From assembly GCA_963664405.1 (NCBI GenBank), contig OY761158.1, forward strand, positions 2,880,001 through 2,944,000: DNA of 64,000 nucleotides, read 5' to 3'. Made by a program: the position numbers and the translations under genes. The notes beneath the pieces are model-generated. The model saw only the letters and a list, made by a program, of their open reading frames with translations, made no database searches and was not told where the DNA came from. How positions within the stretch are numbered: the first letter of the stretch is position 1; each line of letters opens with the position of its first letter. Shown here piece by piece: positions 11,274 through 21,687 of this stretch. This DNA comes from Thermoanaerobaculia bacterium. GTDB taxonomy: Bacteria > Acidobacteriota > Thermoanaerobaculia > Multivoradales > Multivoraceae.

Positions 11274-12598
11274 GTGCGCCAGGCAGCGCGTTGATCGGGA
11301 GGGTTTGAGTCCCTCCGGCGCTCGGATGAGGGGCGTCGTATCCAAAAGCGGGGGTAATGCCTCGCTGGCCGAAGAGGGAGACAGGTATGGAGAGCTCTAA
11401 ACGGGCACGAAAGGGAAACCTGGAAACAGCCAAGGGCGACCTGAAGCCGTCTCTCGTGAGACTTCGGAGGGCAGGGTGCTCACCGCGAGGTGAGATCCGA
11501 AGGGCTTGCGGAGAAGTACCGGGCCGTAGTCGATGGGGGCCACCCCGAAGACGAACCGGTCGGCCAAAGGTGGGACAAGGTCGAGCCTGCAGTTTGGAGG
11601 CGAAGGCGTTTCTCATTCACCCACCGCACCAAGGTGTTTGCGGACGGCACGGTACGGAAGATCAGCGTGTGACCCTGGGAGAGCTCGGACGCGGACCTGA
11701 GGGATTTCTTCGGGAGCGTTGATCACGAGAAGCTCTTGACGCTCGTGGCCCAACGGGTTTCGGACGGTCGGGTGCTGAGGGTTTTGCGCTCAGTACTCAA
11801 AGCCGGGAGCTACGGGGAGGGTCGCCTGTTTCCGACCGAGCGTGGGACTCCGCAGGGCGGGGTCGTATCGCCCTTGCTGAGCAACATTCTTCTGACTCCT
11901 TTTGATCAGGAGATGCGACGCAGAGGGTTTCGACTCACGCGGTATGCCGACGACTGGGTCCTCACTTCTTCGACCGTGGCTGAGGCTCGTAGAGCCTTGG
12001 CTGTGGCGACGAGGATCTTGGAGCGGCTCGGTGTCACAATGAATCCGCAGAAGACACGGATCGTGCAAGTGAAGTTTGGTTTCGAGTTTCTCGGGTACAA
12101 GATCAAGCTCGGCAAGCAGCTTCGGCTGCCGCGGGCGAAGATCCGCAGCGGTGCCCTTTCGGGCGCCCTGTATGCCTACCCGACTCAGAAGTCGATCCAG
12201 CATTTCAAGCAGCAGATTCGTGGCCGAACGCGGCGGAAGGCACCGGTTACCACCGAGCAGCTGATCGAAGACCTGAATCCGGTCCTGCGTGGATGGGGGC
12301 ACTACTACAAACGTGCCCACGTCCGAAGGCTCTTCCACCAGCTCGACGCATGGGTGGTGCGGCGCCTCTGGTCGCACCGTCACAAGCGCTGGCGTTGCAA
12401 GGGGTGGGACAGCCTGCCCCGCACCCGGCTGTACGGCGAGATGGGCTTGGTGAACCTTGTCGGTCTGATTCCTTCCATCGACTCCTCCCCTAAGGGGGCG
12501 TCTTCGTGAAAGCCGGATGCGGGAAATCTGCACGTCCGGTTTGAGCGGCGGACGGAGGCTAGCCCGTGGGTGAGTGCGGGCGCCTCCTCCGACCCGAC
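11274..12598 (+). mobile_element. Group II intron, inner member, internally deleted
   Basis: 5' GTGCG at 11274; EBS1 acttcg (11461-11466) pairs with the upstream cgaagt; DV aagccggatgcgggaaatctgcacgtccggttt; ends gacccgAC at 12598. Confidence 0.88.
11688..12509 (+). pseudogene. 5'-truncated group II intron reverse transcriptase/maturase (RT3-7 + X, no endonuclease domain)
   Basis: DADLRDFFGSVDH, GTPQGGVVSPLLSNI, RYADD, FEFLGY, LNPVLRGWGHYY; RT0-2 absent. Confidence 0.88.
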
Positions 12599-13215
12599 AC
12601 TGATGAAGCCGGGTAACTCCGGTGGAGGGAAGGAGCCCTAGTTCTGGTGCGCTTTGGAAGGAGAAGGAGACCGGGATTGACGCAAAGTCTAGGAACCGAA
12701 TGAGTCAAACGACTCCGGAAGAAGCTCTGTGACAAGACCAAGCGAGAGGACGGTACAAGCTCCGATCGCAAGGAGCCGCCCGGCTAGATCGGGACCGAGG
12801 GGATCGACTCGCGAATGCCTCGTCGTGAAGCCAGTCCGGGAGCCGTGTGCGGGAGAACCGCAAGTACGGTTCGATGAGAGGCGGCGGGAAACGGAGCCAA
12901 GGTCTGGACAGTGAGGCACTCGCAACCGAAAGGGCGAGAAACAGACGGGCCTGACCTACAGCCACCGCGCCCGCCGTCGACTCCACCTTCGGGCCGTCCA
13001 TCCATCGTCGAGCTCGGGGAACGTAAGGATCGGTGTTATGGCCGGGTCCCTTTTCGGGTTCCGCAGAGGAATCGAAGTCCTCCCGTATCACCTCGAAGTC
13101 CTTGACTTTTCTTTCCAAGTTGCTGAGCGTTGCGCTCTCGTAGTGGCATGGGCGTAGACTAGCCTCACTCTCAGCCGACTCGAAATCTCGAAGGTCCATC
13201 AATGAGGAGGTCCAG

Positions 13216-14319
13216 ATGAGGTCGTTCGAATCTTTGTCTTTCGGCGCGTACAGAGCCGGCGCGCTCGCGGCGGCCGTCTTGGTGGCCGGCTCGCACGCGA
13301 GCTGGGCTCAGGCGGATGGCATCGCCCGCACGTCCAGCGGCCGGCCCGACTTCTCGGGCACCTACAACGCCGCGACGCTGACGCCGCTGGTTCGGCCCGT
13401 AGAGCTCGGTGATCGGCTCAGCCTGACCGATGAGGAGGCTGAGGTCATCGCCAAGCGCAAGGCCGAGGTTTACGCGGCCGATCTGGCGCCGAGCGATCCC
13501 AACAGGGAAGCGCCGCCGGTAGGTGGTACACGTGTCTTCGACACCGATATCAGCCAGAGTGCCTGCGGCGGCAGCGGTGGCTACAACGCCTTCTTCATGG
13601 ACAAGGGCGATCTCTCGCTGAAGATCGACGGGGAGTGGCGCACTTCGATTCTCGTCGAGCCGCGCAACGGGCAGCTGCCGAAGAGGACGCCCGAGGCCCG
13701 GGCGCGCTCTGCCGAGACGGCCCGCCGCTTCGGTCGTCCGAACACCGGCACCGCGTGGTGGATAGACGAAGAGAGCGGTCCCTACGACGACATGGAAGAT
13801 CGTCCCGCCGCCGAGCGCTGTCTGCTCGGCTTCACCGGTGCGACCCCGACCTTCCCCGCCCTCTACAACAACCACAAGCAGATCGTGCAGACCGACGACT
13901 CCCTCATGATCCTCATCGAGATGGTGCACGATGCGCGAATCGTGCGCCTGAGCTCGAATGGGCGTGCCGAAGCGCACCCGCCGACCCAGATCAAGAAGTG
14001 GCTCGGCGACTCGATCGGCTGGTGGGAGGGCGATACGCTGGTGGTCGAAAGCACCAACTTCCTTCCCGGTTCGCAGGGCCGCGGCGGCTCCGAGAAGATG
14101 ACCGTCACCGAGCGTTTCACGAAGCTAGAGGACGGCGACATTCTCTACCGCTTCACGGTCGACGACCCGACCGTCTGGAGCGAACCGTGGACGGGTGAGT
14201 ACATCTGGAGGGCGACCGGCGAGCGCGTCTATGAGTACGCGTGCCACGAGGGCAACTACGCCATGGGCAACATCATGCGTGGCGCTCGTCTGCTCGAGCG
14301 GGAGGCGCTATCAGAATAG
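13216..14319 (+). CDS. Conserved secreted hypothetical protein
   Basis: Signal peptide, GRPDFSG, WLGDSIGWWEGDTLVV, YEYACHEGN; RBS gaggagg upstream. Confidence 0.8.
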   Translation: MRSFESLSFGAYRAGALAAAVLVAGSHASWAQADGIARTSSGRPDFSGTYNAATLTPLVRPVELGDRLSLTDEEAEVIAKRKAEVYAADLAPSDPNREAPPVGGTRVFDTDISQSACGGSGGYNAFFMDKGDLSLKIDGEWRTSILVEPRNGQLPKRTPEARARSAETARRFGRPNTGTAWWIDEESGPYDDMEDRPAAERCLLGFTGATPTFPALYNNHKQIVQTDDSLMILIEMVHDARIVRLSSNGRAEAHPPTQIKKWLGDSIGWWEGDTLVVESTNFLPGSQGRGGSEKMTVTERFTKLEDGDILYRFTVDDPTVWSEPWTGEYIWRATGERVYEYACHEGNYAMGNIMRGARLLEREALSE

Positions 14320-14533
14320 GACGCTCAGGTGGCAGTGCGACGTCGGCAGAGCAACGAGACACCCTCAGCGGAGCATGTCGAGTACGTCGACTTCGCCGTC
14401 GTCGTCAGTGGCATCCAAGTAGACCTGGATCTGGTCAATCGATAACTTGCGCCCGATAAGTAGCACTGACCACCAGCGTCGGAACACGACAGCGTACCCC
14501 TAGAGTAAGCGACATTCCCAGTGGAGTAGCGCT

Positions 14534-16020
14534 CTAGAATCCAGACTTTGAAGTCTTCAGGTGGCTTCCACCAGGAGAGCTCTCGGGGGCTTTCAGGGAA
14601 AACGAATATACGGTTGCCTCGTGAAACGCGAATTGAAGCCGGGCCCGCTTCGCCCTGATCCCGTCCAGTGCATTATCGTCCAGCCACCGCACGTCCGCGT
14701 CCGATACCGTACTCGTCAGCGGCTCGCTTTCAGCTAACACCTGGTTCGCCTCGCCCAGAACACGCACTACGAGTTTGCCTCCGTTTGCGATATCCGCCGA
14801 CACTCGGAGCGAAGCCTTCCCGTCAAAGACAGGCGCTGTCGTTACCGTCGCCGGCTCCGCCACGTCCGACGCTTTGTACCCGGCGAAACCGTCGGGACGC
14901 AGCGTCGCCAAGCAGAGAGACCCGTTTCGCCAGCTAGTGTGAAGCCCGTCGCTCCCACCATAGTACAAGCGAATTTCGTTCTCCAGGAAGACCGGATACG
15001 CCGCAGGGTACACGCAACCCCAGTCATAATCGCCTTCTTCATCACTATTGGGGATAAGCGGGGTTCCGGGAAGAACACGGTGCCACGTCTTTGTGTCCGG
15101 ACTCCACGTCAACTCTGCCCAGACCCGGTCCGTATCCTGATCGTGAATGGCCAGCAGGCCGATATACACACCGCCGTGATAGAAGACGGGCATCGCGTAG
15201 GTCTGATGGTTCGCGTCCAACCCCTCCAAAACAACCTGAGTCTTCTCCCAATTCAGGAAATCGGCGCTCGACGTCCATGCAACCTGACGCCCCAATGGTT
15301 TTCCCCATTCGCGAGTTATCCCTACATACCTTCCCAGTGTTGGCGCCCAGAAGGCGTTATTGTGAGTGTCGCCTGCGCTATCTGCTTCGGGACAGGCTAT
15401 GGCCGGACCCCAATGGATACCGTTGGCAGAAAACGCTACCGAGAGGATCTCAGACTTGAGAAAGGCCTTGTAGCGACGATTCGGATCGGGATCCCGAAGG
15501 TCTTTTAAAATCCCTGTACCATGAGGCCCTTCCTGAAGTGCGTAAGTATCTCCGCCGCCCCGCCACAGAATATTGTTGGCCTTGCTCCCCTCGTATTCGA
15601 CAAGCCCCAACTCGGGCTTGACCCAAGTTATGCCGTCTTTCGAAGTGGCATAGCAGATCGCCATTTCCCGGTTGCGAGGCGGTCTATATTTTAGTTCTCT
15701 TCGCTGTTCGAGGGTCATCCCCTTTGCGGAATGGTCAACGACAAAGGGCTGTACCAGGACTTGTATATTTGTTCCTCGTCGTCGTAAATGACGTTGGCAT
15801 AGAGGTTGTCGAAGCGCTTCTCCCACGGTTTATCCTCACCGAACAGAGGATTGCCGCCATACTTCTCGACGGTCCCAAGAGTGAGCTCCGCGTTCTGCGC
15901 ATCTTCCACAATCCGAGCATCAAGCAGGAGATACCGCCGCTGCTCCAACTCCTCCGCAAAACTGGAAGAGCCATACACCAGACCGGCCAAGAGCATGCAG
16001 TGCAGTCGTTTCATCGACAT
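14534..16020 (-). pseudogene. Secreted beta-propeller glycoside-hydrolase-like protein with one frameshift at ~15745
   Basis: N-frame (signal peptide, GGNPLF...KPWE) joins C-frame with Asp-box-like SKDGITW, SANGIHW, SPDTKTW and LRPDGF. Confidence 0.65.
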
Positions 16021-16196
16021 CAGTCAACATCCTTCCCAAAAGGTCGGCATTGACGATCTACGCCGGCCTGTCGTAGCCAGATGTCCGTGTCATCGTCGGA
16101 CCGATGGCGTGACGACGTGACGAATTCAGCCGAGAGCGTCACAATCTCGAGTCCTTGTCCATCAGCTAAAGCGAACATCTAGGAACCACACGCAAA

Positions 16197-17093
16197 CTAG
16201 AATGGATCTTTCCGCGTAATCTTGAAAACGTACGCGTTGTCGCAGGGCTTCTCGTTCGGCACCTCGACTTCCAAGCCTTCCCGGGTCATGGACCAGTTCA
16301 ATTCCTTGTCGATGCCCAGCATTCTGACGGATTCGATCTCGCCGGGGTAGAGTCTCTTTATGGACTTGAAGCTCGACGTCCGATCCTGGTCAAACCGGAT
16401 TATGGCTTTCTCTTCGGGCATTCCAAGGAAGGTGGCATAGAGGAGGTTTCCCCGGCAGGTGAACCGGATGTCGTCGGCCGTATACTCTACCTCGTGGTGT
16501 TCACTGAACGTTCCTGCCGATTCCATCTCTGTCGGTCCTTCCCCGTAGGATACCCAGGGCATGGTTTCGAATACGGCTTCGCCGTTTATTTTCAGCCACG
16601 CTCCCATCCCCTCTAAACATTTCTTTGCGCCATCGGGGATGGATCCGTCGGCTTTGGGGCCCACATTGAGCAGGAGGTATTCCCCGGTAATGTCCCGCAT
16701 GGGCCCCATCTTGGCCGAATTCCATTCATTGACCTTGCTGTCCCACATGGAAAAGCCGTCGTGGTGCTCGGCAACCGGCCCGGCAAAGCGCGCTCCGGAA
16801 GACTTAAAGATCTCCGCCCACTCGTCGGCATCGAACTTTTCCGCTTTGAACATGGGGATGAAGTCCTTGTAGCCGAATTCCGACACCGGTCCATAGGTCT
16901 TTTCGTGATGCTCGGCTTGGTTGTTGCCGGATCGATAGATGTTATGGGGATACCAGGTACCGTTGGGGCCGCAGGCGGGCACCGAGTAAATGCCCCAATG
17001 GGTGTAGATGCCGAACTTGTCATCCCGAAGCCACTTTGGTGTGATGTGGTTCCGCAATGATGCCCAGCTGGGCTCGTATGTTGCCATGGCCAT
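16197..17093 (-). pseudogene. GH29 alpha-L-fucosidase with an in-frame internal deletion
   Basis: KFGIYTHWGIYSVP, AEHHDGFSMWDS, LLLNVGPKADG; only 298 aa, with the central WFD-containing segment missing. Confidence 0.8.
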
Positions 17094-17489
17094 TGCTCCT
17101 ATTGTCTGGTCAACCTTGAGGGGTGAGCGAATGTAATCGCTGCCATCAAGTTAAGATCTTCATGCTGCCTTGTCTGGGCATTGTCACGTTAACGAATCCT
17201 ATCCGGCAATAGTCCCATCGGCTCCTACAACGGCGTCGACACCTTCACCCAGACCAGCGGCGATGTCACAGCGACGGTGCGCTCGCTGCAGGCCCCCGAC
17301 TCGTTTGACGTGATCGATTGCTTTGATGGTTGCGAGAATAGGTCGAGGTACTTCGTGGCGGAGGTCGGCCTCGATGAATAGCCGGCGGGGATTCGCAGCC
17401 GAGGGGCGGGACGTGTCTCGCCCCGAACGCCACGAGATCCCGTATGTGGTGCCAGCGCCGAGCGACGACTGAAAGGAGGAGCGAGAAGC

Positions 17490-17565
17490 TGGTAGCGCAT
17501 ACGGGATTCGAACCCGTGTTACCGGCGTGAGAGGCCGGCGTCCTAGACCCCTAGACGAATGCGCC
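17490..17565 (-). tRNA. tRNA-Glu (anticodon CTC)
   Basis: GGCGCATTCGTCTAGGGGTCTAGGACGCCGGCCT-CTC-ACGCCGGTAACACGGGTTCGAATCCCGTATGCGCTACCA; cloverleaf, TTCGAA T-loop, encoded CCA. Confidence 0.97.
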
Positions 17566-17648
17566 CAAGTAACAACCAGCGGCGCAAAGTAGCATAGATT
17601 CGTGCCGCCCTTCAAGCAAGAGCGACGCTTGGACTTGCAGCCACGGAT

Positions 17649-18375
17649 GTGAACTTGCGCAGCTTCCTTCCGCTGGCGGTCGTACTGGTCCTCGCCGCAC
17701 TGCTGTGGGCGCCGTCCCTCCTCGGCGACTTCGTCTACGACGATCACTACCTCATCGTCGACAGCCCGGCCGTGCGCAGCTCCGGCCAGGTAACGGCGGC
17801 TTTCACCCGCGACTACTAACGGCCAGCGCGACCCACATCGCGGCCTCGGCTACTACAGGCCGGTCACCCTTCTCAGCCATTGGGCCGATTGGGCGATGCG
17901 GGGAGCCTGGCCTTTCGGACACCACCTCACCAGTCTTCTTCTACATCTGTTAGCGATCTCCCTTCTCTACGTCTTCGTTTTCGAAACTTTCGGCCGGCAC
18001 CCTCTCGCGCTACTAGGAGGCGCCTCTTCTCGAGTTCTCGCTGCACGTCCCTTTCCTGCTTCTCGGCGATCACCTGCGGAACCTTCTGCTGCCGCCGCTG
18101 GGAATCCTCCTCGAGCCCCCGGTAGGCCGGCTGCCCTGGTTGCTCGACCTCGGTAGCCTGGCGCTCTGTGGCCTCGCTCTCGCCCGCCTGCCCGATCGCA
18201 AGGTCGCCGGATGGGGCGCTGTCTGGCTGGTCACCCACCTGCCGATTCCCGGGCTCGTTGGCCTCGAGAGTGTGGTCGATGACCGCTTCCGCTACCCTCC
18301 TTCAATCGGCTTTTCTGGTGGTGGCGGCGTGGATCGAGACCTATCTGGAGCAGCGTCGTGCTCCTGGCCGCGCGA
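17649..18375 (+). pseudogene. Degenerate duplicate of the TMTC-like gene at 23474
   Basis: Near-identical stretches (e.g. gacttcgtctacgacgatcactacct); frameshift at tactaac; ~320-bp internal deletion; no TPR tail. Confidence 0.85.
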
Positions 18376-18837
18376 CGAGTGGGTCGGGCGCCACGTAGGC
18401 ATCTGCCCCCCTCGAGAGCGACAGGCTTCCCGGCGCCCAAAGAACAACGCTATCCCTTCCCCTAGATCGAATCATGCCAGATGACGCTACTTCAGGTACC
18501 ATGCCTGCGCGGAACGCATCGCTGCACTTTTCTTCAGGTGCAGTGGGAGCGCTATCCCGATGGGAGCAGGGGAAGACACGAATGGATCATAAATGCCATC
18601 AGGCGGGGCTTTTCGCCCACGCCTACGCCGGACCTCAGCGAATCTGCAGACACTTGGAGCTCTCGTACTGTACGACCTCCACGAGAACAGCGGGTCTCAC
18701 TTGGAGAGATCCTCATCTATTGAGCCCGCATGACAGGGAGGGAAGTCAATGAGCAATATTAGGATGCCTATCAAAAAAGGTGAGCAAGAATCGTCTATCC
18801 ACGCGAGCCGCTATCCCCTCTTACAGCAAGACACACG

Positions 18838-19743
18838 ATGAAAGATTCCAGCCATCCTGTTGACGAAACCAACATAACGACCGCGCTGTTGCTAGCTGCG
18901 GGCACTGGATCTCGCCTGCGACCCTTGACCCTCGACTCGCCTAAGTGCCTTACAGAAGTTGGTGGAAACACTATTCTTGGCCGATTGGTGAATAGTCTCC
19001 GCTCGCAGGGCATTACGCGACTGGTCGTAGTAACGGGATATCTTGACCATTGTGTTCGCGAGTTTCTCCAAGACCATGCGGCCGATATGAAGATTGATTA
19101 CGTCTTCAACACAATCTATCAAACGACCAATAATATCTACTCCCTGTGGCTTGCACGACACGCGATGCAGGATCCATTCGTGCTATTAGAGAGTGATTTG
19201 GTGTTTGAGGAGTCAATGCTAGCGGGCATGCTAACGGCAGACAAAATCGCAGTTTCACAGCTTCTGCCATGGATGAATGGCACAACTGTCGAGCTCGATG
19301 ATCAGGATCGCGTCGCAGCTTTCCACGCCTCAGGCAGCGTGAGGAGCTCGCTCAAGTATAAGACCGTCAACATCTACAGTCTGTCCTTGTTGAGTTGGCG
19401 ACAGATCACAGAGCGATTGGATCTCTATGTCGGTGAAGGTCGCGTAGGTGAGTATTATGAAGCAGTGTTTGCCGAGATGGTGGCCGAGAGAGTGCTCGCG
19501 TTCGACGCCGTCTTCTTTGACAAAGATCGATGGTACGAAGTCGATAGCGTAATGGATCTCGACAATGCAGAGAAGATATTTGGTGCCTCTCCTCGGGCCC
19601 CACATTCTGAGCGATTGTTTCAGCCCCTGGGGGTTGATATTGCAGAGTCCGTGCCCGTAGCGGAGCCGCCCCTGCCTAGCGTGTACCCCCCGCGCAGCCA
19701 GCTGCGCGCGCACCGGCAGCGACCAACTCTGCCACATGAGTAG
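18838..19743 (+). CDS. LicC-like phospho-aminoalcohol cytidylyltransferase (NTP transferase)
   Basis: LLAAGTGSRLRPLT..PKCL, TNNIYSLWLA, ESDLVF, WYEVD. Confidence 0.85.
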   Translation: MKDSSHPVDETNITTALLLAAGTGSRLRPLTLDSPKCLTEVGGNTILGRLVNSLRSQGITRLVVVTGYLDHCVREFLQDHAADMKIDYVFNTIYQTTNNIYSLWLARHAMQDPFVLLESDLVFEESMLAGMLTADKIAVSQLLPWMNGTTVELDDQDRVAAFHASGSVRSSLKYKTVNIYSLSLLSWRQITERLDLYVGEGRVGEYYEAVFAEMVAERVLAFDAVFFDKDRWYEVDSVMDLDNAEKIFGASPRAPHSERLFQPLGVDIAESVPVAEPPLPSVYPPRSQLRAHRQRPTLPHE

Positions 19744-20866
19744 GAAGATTCAATTAGTCCAGAGTGACGAGCGAATCACTAGGGAACGCCAATACACATC
19801 ACTAGCCACGGATCATGGTGGATACTGGCGGCATGGTTTCGTTGATCATGCCTACCTCTATAATCTGTATTTTCCACCGCCGCGGTTCTTCGAGCTTCTC
19901 ACCACCCAGATTCACGAGCTGGTCCTAAACTACCCGGTAGGACAGGGTGTACTGGCCGAGCTGGTCGGTGACCTCATCGGCCAATCGCCGGAGAGAATTG
20001 TTGTTGGCAACGGGGCCGCAGAGCTTATCAAGATCCTCTCGGCGCACATCGCTGACACCCTAATTGTGCCCGTTCCGTCGTTCAATGAATATGTGAACGC
20101 TGCCTCAGCGGGAAAGGTCGTTGAAAGTGGCCTCCCATGTCCTTCATTCCAACTGGACGTGGACAAGTTTGCAGCTGAGGCCGCTCACTGCGAGGCTGAT
20201 GTCGCAGTGGTGGTGACCCCCAATAACCCGACGTCATTGCTGGTACCCAAGGCCGAGCTTATCCACCTGCTGGAGAAGTTGGCCGGCCATGACTGTATGT
20301 TGATCGTCGATGAATCCTTTATTGACTTTTCACCGAAGCCCGAGGAAGCAACGTTGGAACCGGAGATAGCCCACTACCCTAACCTCGCGATCTTCAAGAG
20401 CCTGAGTAAGGCCTATGGTATCTGTGGCCTGCGGATCGGTTACATGCTTACAGCCAATGCCGACTTTGCCGTGAAGGTGCGCCGGGGCCTGTCGATCTGG
20501 AATCTTAACGGGCTAGCCGAGGCTTTTCTGCGCGAAGCACCTACCTATCGCGGAGAGTTCAAGACCAGCTGCGCCAAAGTGCGAGCTGATCGGGATCGTT
20601 TCTATGAAGAGTTGTGCACCATCGAGGGATTGTCTGTTTACCCGCCGGCTGCCAACTATATCTTTTGTCGGGTTCCCGACCATGCTCCTCTCGGACCTGA
20701 GATCGCCAGGCGATTGTTTGTAGATCATCATGTGTACATTAAGGACTGCGAGGGCAAGACCATGCCCGACGGGAGCCGATATCTTCGTATTGCGAGCCGG
20801 ACTCAAAGTGAGAATGGGAGGCTGGTGAAGGTACTTGGGGAGATCGTCGGAGCTAAGAGCGCGTGA
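19736..20866 (+). CDS. PLP-dependent class I/II enzyme (HisC/CobD-like aminotransferase or phospho-amino-acid decarboxylase)
   Basis: GNGAAELI, PNNPT, VDESFIDF, KSLSKAYGICGLRIGY. Confidence 0.88.
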   Translation: MSRKIQLVQSDERITRERQYTSLATDHGGYWRHGFVDHAYLYNLYFPPPRFFELLTTQIHELVLNYPVGQGVLAELVGDLIGQSPERIVVGNGAAELIKILSAHIADTLIVPVPSFNEYVNAASAGKVVESGLPCPSFQLDVDKFAAEAAHCEADVAVVVTPNNPTSLLVPKAELIHLLEKLAGHDCMLIVDESFIDFSPKPEEATLEPEIAHYPNLAIFKSLSKAYGICGLRIGYMLTANADFAVKVRRGLSIWNLNGLAEAFLREAPTYRGEFKTSCAKVRADRDRFYEELCTIEGLSVYPPAANYIFCRVPDHAPLGPEIARRLFVDHHVYIKDCEGKTMPDGSRYLRIASRTQSENGRLVKVLGEIVGAKSA

Positions 20867-21570
20867 CTGCCGGAGGACAGGGACCGACCTGGGAGGAGAC
20901 TCCCGTGGAGACAGGCAAGGCGGAAGATCAACTTCATCTCTTTGGAGAGACCGGCTTTTTTGGCGAGCGCGATGCCGCACTAAGCCACCTGAGAGATGCG
21001 GATGAGATCTTGTTCGCAGAGGGCGTGGACTATTGCATCATGTTTGGCACTCTCCTGGGCTTATTGCGGCATGATGGCTTGATCCCGTGGGATGACGATC
21101 TGGACATCATCATTTTCGACATCGACAAATTCGAGACACGGTGCCGGTCCCAGTTCGAAGAGAGAGGGTATGTTGTTTATCAGGATATTCGGACTATTGC
21201 CGGGAAGGAAAAGCGCTGTGGATACCGAATTCACGCCGAAGACGGTATTGCAGTTCCCGGGCAAACATGGAAGTTCCCTTGGCTCGGTGTGTGGGAGCCG
21301 GAGATAAACAACAGGACCATGACCTTGCCACCGGAGGAGTTCGTGTACTCACTCGAAGATTTCCAACCCGTACAGAGGAGCGCCTTTCTTGATTTCTCAG
21401 TGAGTATTCCCCGGCACTCGGGAGAGATAGTGAAACAGTATTACGGCAGCGATTGCCTGCAAGTCTGCGTGTTGCACAGCCTGGACCACCGGCATTACAG
21501 GCCTACTGGCTATCCTTCCACGAAGTTCCCTTTGGAAGATGTTCTGCGCTACCTGGAACGGAACACCTAG
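20863..21570 (+). CDS. LicD-family phosphotransferase
   Basis: FGTLLGLLRHDGLIPWDDDLDI signature. Confidence 0.88.
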   Translation: MTAGGQGPTWEETPVETGKAEDQLHLFGETGFFGERDAALSHLRDADEILFAEGVDYCIMFGTLLGLLRHDGLIPWDDDLDIIIFDIDKFETRCRSQFEERGYVVYQDIRTIAGKEKRCGYRIHAEDGIAVPGQTWKFPWLGVWEPEINNRTMTLPPEEFVYSLEDFQPVQRSAFLDFSVSIPRHSGEIVKQYYGSDCLQVCVLHSLDHRHYRPTGYPSTKFPLEDVLRYLERNT

Positions 21571-21687
21571 GGGTCGGACGATCATCGAGGTTTGAATGCC
21601 GACCCAGTCGGCTCCCATCATGTGCCTCCTCTCCTTTGCCGAAAAGCGTCGCGGACATACGATGCTTCTAGATAAGAGAGAATCGCG

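Larger units (their letters stand above)
10811..12986 (+). mobile_element. Group II intron, outer member of a twintron, ORF-less
   Basis: 5' GTGCG at 10811; EBS1-like tgcca (11070-11074) complementary to the exon end tggca; DV gagccgtgtgcgggagaaccgcaagtacggttc (~12840-12872); DVI ending ...gtcgactccAC at 12986; only ORF remnants in DIV. Confidence 0.85.

Noticed and set aside
11688-12509. RT as a retron, DGR or defence RT
   Set aside because: YADD motif, maturase X domain and flanking DV/DVI identify a group II intron protein; no TR/VR pair or msr-msd seen
10560-13200. Host gene restored by splicing the outer intron
   Set aside because: Joining 10810 to 12987 gave no convincing long ORF in the frames I checked on either strand
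1-17490. Integrase-type genomic island anchored at tRNA-Glu
   Set aside because: No integrase and no direct repeat of the tRNA 3' end found by eye within the window
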